From: a virus
Lineage: Duplodnaviria > Caudoviricetes
IMG/VR virus record: IMGVR_UViG_3300025723_000057
Coordinates: 1 to 51,935 of that record
Length of the DNA stretch: 51,935 bases
Direction: 5' to 3' (one strand)
The notes beneath the pieces were generated by a model. It did no database searches. It had not been told where the DNA came from and saw nothing but the letters and a program-made list of their open reading frames with translations. This document shows positions 35,935-47,900 of the stretch, piece after piece. How positions within the stretch are numbered: the stretch's first letter is position 1; each line of letters starts with the position of its first letter. The translations under genes and the position numbers were made by a program.

Positions 35935-38900
35935 ATGGCAAATAATGATCAAAATGAGTTTCCATTACCTGTAACTATAACACAGGAAAATAAGAGAGAA
36001 ACTTCTAATCATCTTCCTAAGTTCTTCCGCACAGCAAAGAACTCAACCTTTTTAAAAGGAACGCTTGATTCATTAACACAACCAGGAAAACTTATCCATA
36101 TTGATGGATATGTTGGAAGAAAAGATATTCCTAACTATGCGATTGATGACAACTATATTCCTGCTCATTCTATGGATCGTGTTTATTATCAGTTAGAACC
36201 TGCTATCTTAAATGAAGATATAGTAAACGGTGATGTAAAATGGTATGCTGATTATATTGATTACATGAATTCTTTAAAGTTTTATGGAGCTCCAGTTAAC
36301 AATCACGATAGACTTAACAAACAAGAAGCATATGCTTGGAATCCTCACATAGATTGGGATAAGATCTCAAACTTTAGAGAATATTATTGGTTACCAAATG
36401 GTCCTGATCCAATAACAATCTATGGACATATTGAAACAACAACATCAACATATACAGTAACTAGTCAGAATGAATTAGATAATGTCGCTTATATTTTCAG
36501 TCCTGATGGATTAACAGCAAATCCTAGATTAACACTTTATAGGGGAGTTACCTATCAGTTTAATATTAATACTCCAGGAAAACCATTTTGTATCAAAACA
36601 TTACCTGTAACAGGGGATGGATATTTTTATTCTGTTGGTATCAATAATCAATCTGTAGAAAATGGTATTTTAGAATTCCAAGTTCCGTATAATGCTCCTG
36701 ATCTTTTATATTACTTAGATAATAAAGATTTGAATACATCCGGAATGATTGATATTAAAGATATTAAGGATTCGGCAATACTTGATATTGAATCTGAAAT
36801 ATTAGGAAAAAAGAACTTTACTAGTAGCACAGGAATAGAGTTTATAAACGGACTTAAGATAAGTTTTGTGGGGCAAGTTTCACCGTCTAGTTATACCGAT
36901 GGATTTTGGTATGTAGAAGGTGTTGGTGATAAGATTAAACTAATAAACTTTAAAGATCTAGAAACTCCTGTAGTATATGGTCCTGTTGTTGATGTTCCTT
37001 TTGATTATCAACCATTTGATTCGCAACCATTTGAAACTGCCGCTAACTATCCTTTGGATAAGGATTATATAACGATTAATCGATCTTCTAGAGATAGAAA
37101 TACCTGGTCTAGAAACAATCGTTGGTTCCATCGTACAGTTTTAGAAACTACTGCAACTGCAAATAATCAAATAGCAATATTAGATCAAACACAGAGGGCA
37201 AAGCGTCCTATTATTGAATTTGATCCTAATATTAAACTTTATAATCACGGTTGGGTAGCCAAGAAAGATGTTGATCTTATAGATACAACAACTGTTGATG
37301 TATTTTCAACAATAGAAGGAAAGACAGGATATAATATAGATGGTGTAGATCTAATACCTGGGCAACGTATTCTATTCCTTGCTGATCCGGATATACTAGT
37401 TAATGGTAGGATTTTTGAAGTTAAATCTGTATTCCTTTTTGATGAAGGTAGAATTTCTCCATCTATTCCTAACTTTGGTAGAACACAACTTACTTTACAA
37501 GAAGTAGTAGACACTGAACCACAAGAAGGTGAAGTTGTTTATGCTACATCCGGAAAAAAATATAAAGGATCGCCATTTTATTATCAAGATGGATCATGGC
37601 ATGCTGCTCAAAAGAAGATCAAAAAGAATCAGTTTCCTCTTTTTGATCTTTTTGATAAAAATTTAAATAGTTTCTCTTCTAATAGTGTATATCCTTATAA
37701 TAACTTTTCTGGAAACAGGATTTTTGGATATATGATTGGATCTGGAACTACAGATACTGAATTAAACTTTCCTCTTTCATATCTCAATATTAATAACATT
37801 GGAGATATACAGTTTAACTTTGATCTCCAAACTGAAACTTGGACATATCAATCAACTAATAGAGTTCTCATTACCTTAAACTCATATTCCGGGTTTTTAA
37901 GAAAGTTTGAAGATAATAACACATTTACATATAGCAATGGATGGACTTCTACAGATGTTAAACTACAACAACCTGTTGTGAGAGTTTTAAAAATAGAAAG
38001 TGTCTCATCTCGCATAGCTATTGATGTTTTTGATAATAGTGCTTATATAGAAAATATAAGTTTTCTAGTATATGTTAATGATGTAAAGCGAACTGACGTT
38101 TACCGACAAAATATAAACAATACAGCATATCTTTCATTTTACAACGGATTATATCCTGGAGATAAGGTAGTTTATAAGGTATTCAGTACTTTTCCAAAAA
38201 ATCTCAAAGGGTATTATCAAATACCTCTCAACTGGCAACATAATCCATTAAACGATGTAATATCCAGTTTTACTTTTGGTGAAGTTATTGATCACGTATC
38301 TAGTATAGTTGATAACCTAGCTGATTTTACTGGGCCATTTCCAGGAATAAGCAACTTATCTAATCTAGGTCCTATTTCAGAATATGGTCGACGTTTCTTA
38401 CAACATTCTGGATCAATGCCATTAGCTGTACATTCTATAATCGATAAAGATGCTAATGTAATCAAATCTTTAAGATGGACTACTGAACAATACTCATTAT
38501 TTAAAAAGGAATTTCTATCTATAGCAACTTCAAATGTATTTGAAGGAACTGTTACTGAGATAGTAGATTTAATTTTATTAAAATATTCAGAACCAAAATA
38601 TGTAGATACTTCACCATTTTATTTTTCAGATATGGCACCATACGGTGGCTCGTCAAATAAAGAATATATAGTTACGGATCCGAGATTACCTTATTTTGTT
38701 ATTGATAATATTTTTAAACCAGCAGATCAAAATAGACGTGCTGTATTAGTCTATCTAAATGACGAACAGTTAATACGAGACATTGATTATCAGTTCATAA
38801 CTGATGATGCATTTGTTAAGATATTACGACCATTAGCTATTGGTGATACTATTTTAATAAGGGATTTTATTACCACAAATGCTTGTTTTATTCCTTATAC

Positions 38901-41900
38901 ACCTAGTAAGCTAGGATTATTTCCAAGTTATGTTCCTAGAATATATGTTGATGACACATATCGCGTTCCGACAACTGTGATACAGGGCCATGATGGAAGT
39001 ATAATCAAAGCATACGGTGATTTTAGAGATGATTTAATATTAGAAATAGAAAAAAGATTCTATAATAATCGACGTGTTGAATATGATTCTGATATATTTG
39101 ATATGAAGACAATATTTCCAGGTTTTTATAGAAAAACAGCATTTGGCAAAACTGAAATAAATTCTATCATGTTGTTAGATTTCCTAAGATGGAATGCTAA
39201 TATAGATCAAGATTTTAATGCCAATAACTATTATATTGAAGAGGATTCTTTCACTTATAACTACAATAAATCTTCAACTCCTAGCCTTTCAGATACTCTT
39301 CCAGGATACTGGAGAGGTGTATATATGTATTTTTATGATACAGATCGCCCACATACATGCCCTTGGGAAATGCAGGGTTTCACTGTTAAACCTGATTGGT
39401 GGGATACTGTTTACGGTAATGCGCCCTACACAAGTGAAAATAAGATCATGTGGGATGCGATTGAAGCAGGTATTATCAATGATCCAATGAATCTGAGGAC
39501 TGACTTATTTTATGCTCGTCCAGGATTAAAGGATTATATTCCTGTTGATAGTGACGGAGCACTTTTAAGCCCATTAGCAAGTAACTTAGCTACTAACTTT
39601 TCATTATTAAATGCATTGGGACAATATTCATTTGGTGATATTGCTCCTGTTGAAAATGTTTGGAGAAGATCGAGTGAATTTCCTTTCTCAATAATATCAA
39701 CTTTGTGTCTATTACGTGGATCAGAATATATTGCTAAAATGTGGGATCGCTTTAGGGTCAAGAGGAATATTATAGGACAAATATATTGGGAACCTACAGA
39801 TACTAGGATACAGTTATCTAACTTAGTATTTCCTGAATCTGTAGTAAATGATTCAATCACTGCCGGAAGTTTTACTTGTGGATTGGTTAATATTATTGAA
39901 GATTATGTTTTTACTCAACGTTACTCAAATCTAGAAACATATCATGATAGAATTAAAAATCTAAACTTTAAGTTATCATATCGCATTGGCGGATTTACTA
40001 GTAAAGAACAGATTAACGTACTATTAGATAGTCGTAGTCCTAGTGCTTCAGGAACATTTTTCTTACCTTTAGAAAACTATAAAATATTTTATAATGTAAG
40101 TGCGCCTATAGCTACTGTATCTTATAGCGGTGTTATAATAGAAAAACTAGGAGCTGATTATCCGCAATGGATTTCTAAAAAAAGATACAAGAGAAATACA
40201 CTAGTTATATTCCAAGGCGATATCTATGTTTGTATGCAAGAACATATATCAAATAGCGAGACTAACCTAAATTCTGTACAACAGTTCCAAGCAGATTCTT
40301 TTTATTGGTTAAAACAAAAAGTAGCTGTATCAGGATATAGAGTTAAGGGTTATGATAAAGAACATAACTATTTTTCTGTTGTCCTTCCTTTAAGTACTGC
40401 TACTGATCCTTCTATCAATGTAGGAGGAGTATCAGAGTCATTCTTAATATGGACATCTGGTGTATTTTATCCTAAAGGAGTACTAGTTAAGAATGATGAG
40501 AAATATTTTAGATCATTAATCGGTCATACTTCTTCTGATTTTTTCACACAAGATATAGCTAAATGGACATCAATTTCTAAAGTTCCAATAGAAGGCGGTG
40601 TTACAGTTATAAAAAGAACTAGATTTAGAGATAATCCAACTAAAGTTCCATATAATACTATTTTTAAAGATGTACAGTCCGTTGTTGATTTCTTATTAGG
40701 CTATCAAAAAGCATTAGAGGATATGGGATTCTTATTTGATGAATATAATACGGATCTAGATGCACCTATGAACTGGCTTACAAGTGCAAAAGAGTTTATG
40801 TTCTGGTCCCTACAGAAATGGGCATCTGGAGCAATAATAACTCTAAGCCCTAGTGCAAACTTAGTTAAGTTTAGATCAAAAATAATTGCATCAGTTGATA
40901 ACTTTTATGAAGATTCTTATGATTATAGTATTTTTAAAGCAGACGGATCACCATTAAGACCTGAGTTGAATAGTATTACTCGAACTGGTAATAGTTTTAT
41001 AATGACTCCTGTTACTCAAACCAATGATGGAATATATCATGTTAGAACTAACTTAGTTTACAAAGAACATATATTAGTCTTAGATAATGTTTCTATATTC
41101 AACGATATAATATATGATATTGTTCCTGGCTATCGACAGGGTCGAGTAAAGTTAAATGGATTTAAAACTGGAAGTTGGGATGGTGGATTTACTAGCCCAG
41201 GATTCGTTTATGATAATGCTACTATAACTGATTGGGTTCAGTATTCAGATTATAGTTTAGGAGATATGGTTACATATCAAGGATATTACTTTACAGCCAT
41301 TAAAAATATAATGGGTAAAGATTCGTTTGATTATACTGATTGGAAACAGTTATCAAAGCCTCCAAAACCCGGATTAATACCTAACTTTGATTATAAAGTT
41401 GAACAGTTTAGAGATTTTTATAGTTTAGAAGCCAGTAACTTTAACTATGATCAACAGAAGCTTGCAAGGCATTATATTGGTTTCCAAGAAAGGCAATATC
41501 TCAGCGATATCATTGTTGATAATGTTTCTCAATATAAGTTCTATCAAGGATTCATTAAAGAAAAAGGAACACTAAACAGTGTCTCTAAACTATTTGATGC
41601 ACTAAGATCTAGTGGTTTTAGTTCTGTTGATATAAAAGAAGAATGGGCATTTAAAGTTGGAGATTATGGATCTTCCGATACTATACTAGAAATTGAAATA
41701 CCGTTAGTTGAAGAAAAATTTAGATTTAATCCTCAAAACGTTTTATTAACACAGCAAACTGATATCAATAATATTACCGCATTTAATGTTCTACCTAACA
41801 TGGTTTCAGTTAAACCTAGCAACTATGATAGTAATCCATTTAGCACAATTAATTTAAGTCTTTCACAAAATAACTACGGCGTGTTCAAATACATGGTTGC

Positions 41901-44900
41901 TGGCTATGTTAGAGATGAAGATGTTAATCATATCATTTATAATGAAACAGCATTAATGAACTATGATATTACTTTACTTAACGAAACTGATAAGATATGG
42001 TTAGGATATACCTCAACCAATGATTGGAATGTATATGAATATGTAAAATCAAATACATTGGTAACTAACTGGTCTGCTAGCGGAAATACATTAACATTAG
42101 AATGTAATGTATCACCTGATGTTGTTGTTGATCAGATAATAGTTCTTAAAAATCTAGCAGTATTGGATGGATTTTATAAAGTACAGAGAGTTTATAGCAC
42201 TACTATTGAACTCTTTACATTCAATACTACGTTATATAAAGTTGATTCAGATAGCACCCATGGTTTCATATTCAAACTAGAATCGTCTAGATTTAGTACA
42301 CTTTCATCTGTATCAGCTAAGAGATATAATACTTCTAATATTAGAGGACAGACAATTTGGGTAGATTCAGATAAATCTAACAGATGGTTAGTATTAAAGA
42401 ATCAAGATTCGTTTACTAAAACTGAACTACAACCAAAAACATTATTATCAGATCAGCAGTATGGATATGAAGTTAAAATAAGTGGTAACGGATTAAAAAT
42501 GTTTGTTACTTCTCTAAAGGATTCTGCTGAAACTGTATTTATTTATTCTCGTGCTAATGTTCAGAGCAACTGGGGATTAATACAGTCCTTATCTTTACCA
42601 GTAACTAGATTCCAAGTTTCTGGTATAGAAGATTTTGGAACTAGTATAGATACTAACTTTTCTGGAAACACAGTTATTATTAGTGCTCCTAAACTTAGTA
42701 ACTTATATACTTTATATGTTGGTTCATACGATCCTTATGGCTCATACTTTACAAATGACATTGTTAAAAAAGATGATAAGTTATGGAAAAATAAACACGG
42801 AGCAACTGCATTTAATACAACAAATTGGGAAGAAATTTTTGTATATTCTGCGGTTGATGATATTAATCGAGGACATCCAAGTGGATTAACTGGACAAGGT
42901 TGTGTTATAGTTTATACTTACAATGTTGGTACCAACAAATATGATATTGAAATAGTTTTAGGTTCATATGATCCTGTACAAAATGAAAACTTTGGTACTA
43001 AAGTAAGGATGTCTGAAGATGGATCAAATACTTGGTTATTTGTTTCAAGCGAAAACTACAATAATAATACAGGTAGAGTTCAGATATTTAAAAAAGAAAA
43101 CGGAAGTTGGAAGTTTAATACACAACGATACTTAGATTTTACAAATATTTTAGGAACCTTCCCTGCGGGATCACAAGATCCTTTTTCTCAAGCAGGAAAG
43201 TATGGACATGATATTGATTGCACTACAGGTGCTTTAAGACTAGTAGTTTCTGCACCATTAGTTAACTCAGGATCATCGATTAATGTTGGTGCTGTTTATG
43301 TTTTTGCAAGAGACAATGATGATTTCAATCTAGTTGAAGTGATAGATAAAAATACATTACTTAATGGATTGATTCCAAATCATGTTGGTGGTGATAGCTA
43401 TCTAAGTCCATACGATTTATTTGGTTTCAGTGTGGCAATATCTGACAAAGGATTGTTTGTATCTTGTCCAAATGACGATAACGGGGGAACTAATGCAGGA
43501 TCTATTTACATATTTGTTGGAGATTCATCTGATAGTTCTAGCAACCTTTATAGACTAACACAGCTTGTCTATCCACCATCAACCCTTGATAATGAAAGAT
43601 TCGGAACTAAAATAAAAATAAGTCCAGATGGAAATCTATTAGCATCATCGGCTATAGGTGGTGACAGCATTATGTCTGTAACATTTGATGTACATTCGGC
43701 TAGATTACAAGACGGATCTTATGTATTAGATAGTAATAGTGCCGAACAACTAACTCCAACAACATTTGATTCAAACGGAACTGTGTTTAGCACTCGTGTT
43801 CCTTATACTGGATCAGTTTATGTTTATAATAAGTTTGATGACGTGTTTATATACGGCGATAAACTTATGCCAGCGGATGGATTATCTATTGACGACAACT
43901 TTGGTGCATCTATTGATATTATTAATAATATTATTGTTGTAGGAACACCTAACAAGTTTATTAAAAACACAAGAGTTGGTACAACATTTGCATTTTCTTA
44001 TAGCAATCTAAGTTGGACTGTATCATCGTCTCAAGATTCAGTGATTGATATACAAAAGTTTAAGAAAGCGTTTGTATATAATACCGAAACAAACAAACTG
44101 ATAGAAAATCTAGACTTTATAGATCCTGCTAAAGGTCGCATTGCTGCAATCGCTGAACAAGAAATTAAATACCAAACTTTTTATGATCCGGCAGTATATG
44201 AATACGGATTTAATACAGAAGTATCTATTGATCAAAGTGCGCCTTGGACAGACGAACATGTTGGAGAAGTTTGGTGGAACCTAGGAACAATCAAGTATAC
44301 TTGGTATGAACAAGGTGATGCTAACTATAGGAGTAGTAACTGGGGAAGGATTTTCCCAGGATGCTCTGTAGATATCTATGAATGGGTTGAATCTACATAT
44401 CTTCCTAGTAAATGGGCAACATTAGCAGATACTGATGCAGGACTTGCACAGGGTATTAGTGGAATACCTAAAGATATAGATGATTTTACTTACAGCAGTA
44501 AGTCAAAATATGACGTATTAAGCGGAACTACTAAGTTAACTTATTATTACTGGGTTAAAAATAAAAGGACTATTCCATCAAAGCCTAATAGAAAAATGAG
44601 TTGTGCAAATATAACTCTCATGATATTAGATCCAAAATCTCAAGGATATCATTACCTATCGATAACTGATAAAAATGTTATTTCTCTAGTTAATGTAGGC
44701 ACTCAGTTAGTTCATTCAGATGTTTCATTAAACATACAGATGTATCTAATAGATAATCAAGATTTACTAACTCATAGACAATATTCACTAATAGCTGAAA
44801 ATGATAGTTCAGCTATAATATCTCCTATGTTAGAACAAAAATGGTTTGATAGTTTAATAGGAAGAGATATTAAAGATCACATCGTTCCAGACATGAGATT

Positions 44901-47900
44901 AGGTGTTAGACAGCGTTACGGGAACTCAAATAGTCCTAGACAATCTTGGTTTATTAACAAGTTTGAAGCATTAAAACAACTAGTTGAATATGTAAATTCT
45001 ATTTTGATACAAAATCAGATTGTTGATATTACTAGCTTTAAAAATCTATTAGCTAATGATCCTGCACCTACTATTAACTCAGGAAAGATTGATCGTGTTA
45101 TTGATATTTTAGATGAACTAAAATATATAGGAACTGATAAACTTGCTACAGCTAAAATAACATTAAAAATAAAAAATGGACAGATAATCAATGCTCTAGT
45201 AGATCCTAGAAACAAAGGCTATGGTTATAGCTGTAATAAAGTATATGAGTTTGATGAATATGGAAGACCTAAAAACTGGTACGGTCCTTCTGTTACTATA
45301 AATGGTAATGGAACAGGTGCTTCTATACAAACCGTTATTGACAGTCAAGGCCAGATTATAGCTGCTAATGTTATAAAAACAGGAAAAGATTATGACGACA
45401 CAACTACAGCAACAGTTAGAGATTATTCAGTATTAGTTAACTCTGATTCGGAAGCTAATAATAGTTGGAGTGTACAAAACTGGAACTTAGGAAAGAAAAT
45501 CTGGGTTCGATATCGAACACAATCTTTTGATGTATCTAAATATTGGACTTATGCAGATTGGTATATTGATCCTTCATATTCTGATATAACCGGTATAGCA
45601 TATGTTATTGATAGAACAGTTGATCTTAACGGAATAGTAGCAGTAGTTGGCGATATTATAAAAGTTAATAATGTCGGTATAGGAGTTAATAGTGGTTGGT
45701 TATTATTAGAAAGAATAGCTGTTTCTAACAGTCCAGATTTCACTGTTGATTATCGTGTAGTCGGAAAACAAAATGCTACTATACAACTTTCTGATAAACT
45801 TTATAACCTAAATCAAGATGTAGGTTATGATACTATTTTCAGTTATGATACTAGTTTATATGATCAAAATCCATCTAAAGAACTTAGATATATTTTAAAA
45901 GCCTTAAGAGATGATATATTAATTGATGATTTACGAATAGAATATATCAATACATTCTTTAATAGTGTGCATTATGCACTAAGTGAGCAGTTATATACTG
46001 ATTGGCTATTTAAGACCAGCTTCTTAAAGATAAATCATAATGTAGGAACCCTAAAACAAAAACTTACTTTCCAAAGCGATGCGATAGAAAGCTATCAATC
46101 ATTTATTGAAGAAGCTAAACCTTATAAGACTAAAATACGAGAGTTCGTAAGTTCGTATGAAACAATCGATAATTCAAACAATCTTGTAAGTGATTTTGAT
46201 TTACCTCCATATTATAATCAAGATAAGGGAATGATTGAGCCAGTAACTGGAGATAGCTCTCTAATACAAGAGTATCCATGGAAAAACTGGCTTGATAATA
46301 ACGGATTTGAAATAGTTGATATTGTTATACAAGATCAAGGAAGTAACTATATAACTATCCCAACGGTTATTATATCCGGCGGCGGCGGCACTGGTGCTAA
46401 AGCATCTGCATATATTGCTAACGGAAAACTTTATGCTATACGACTAGATGATCCAGGTAAAGGATATACATCTACACCAAACGTATACATCAGTGGCGGC
46501 AATGGTGATGTAGAGGAATATAAAGCCAAAGCATATGCTATCATTGGAAATAGCCCTGTACGCATTAACACAATAAAAATAAAGTTTGATAGATATACTA
46601 CTGACTATAATATATCAGGTTATAGATACCTAGATACTTTCTATGGAACTGGAAGTAAAACAACATTTAAACTAACATATGCACCAGAGATAGAAAAAAC
46701 TAAATTTAGAATCTTAGTTGATAACATACTGATATATGGTGCTCAATTCAGTGTTTCTATAGTAGAAACATTACATGATTCTTATACAGCACTTGAGGGT
46801 TATGTTATATTTGTAGATGCTCCTGTATCAGGAAAAACTATAACAATAGCCTACGATAAAAACATTCGTTTATATCCAGCTGCTGATAGAATTGGCTATG
46901 CTTATTCACCAAATCCGGGTCAATATGGCAAAGATCTAGGACAGTTAATGACTGGAATAGATTATGGCGGAGTTTCATTAATGAGCATCGACTTTGAAGT
47001 TGGTGCTGGTTGGGATGTTTTACCGTGGGATGTTTCATCATGGGACGGAATCTTAACAAGCAATGATGATTATGCTGTAAGCATTGACGGATCTACACGC
47101 AGTTTTGATCTACCATACATACCTGCAATAGGTGAAATAGTAAATGTCTATGTTGATAACACTAGGATTGATGATCTATATTATGGATTATATGATGGAA
47201 GCACATTACAGCCTAATGGATTAACATCTGCTCCGCAAAATACAATAATGAAATCATTTATCGGTGATGGTGTACATAATACTATTACATTGCCTGATAT
47301 AATACCAGGTAGTTTACATTTTATTGGATCTATTGTAACTTTCCGTAAGAGTACTAGTGATGGAACAGTATTACCTACAGATAGAGGAACGATTGATTCT
47401 CTACTATCTGGCGGTGATTTAACCTATTCAACTGCTTTAGGTGTTACAGCTGATGATATAGTAGTTGATGGCGATGGATTGATAACACCCGATACTGGAC
47501 ACAGTCCTGAAGAACTATTACAAGGACAAGTTGTTGATGCACTTTCTATTAATGTATATCATGCACCGGCTCCGGGTGGTCCTAATGTTCTAGTTGAGAA
47601 TTATGTCGGCGATGGAATGCAAGACACATTTAATATCAGTTATAAACCAGATACTGTAGGTAGCGTAATGGTCTTAGTAGATAATATGGTTTATGATTAT
47701 GAAATTGATTATGTTAACCAATCTATAATATTATCATCGATTCCGCCATTTAATAGTCGTATCGCTATTATATTAATGGATACTGCTGGGTACGATATCT
47801 TAGATAAAGAAACATTTATTGGAGACGGAAGTACTAGAGAATTCCTAACAGCAGCAAGATATTCTGCTAATAATGTTTCTGTATTTGCAACTGTTAATGG

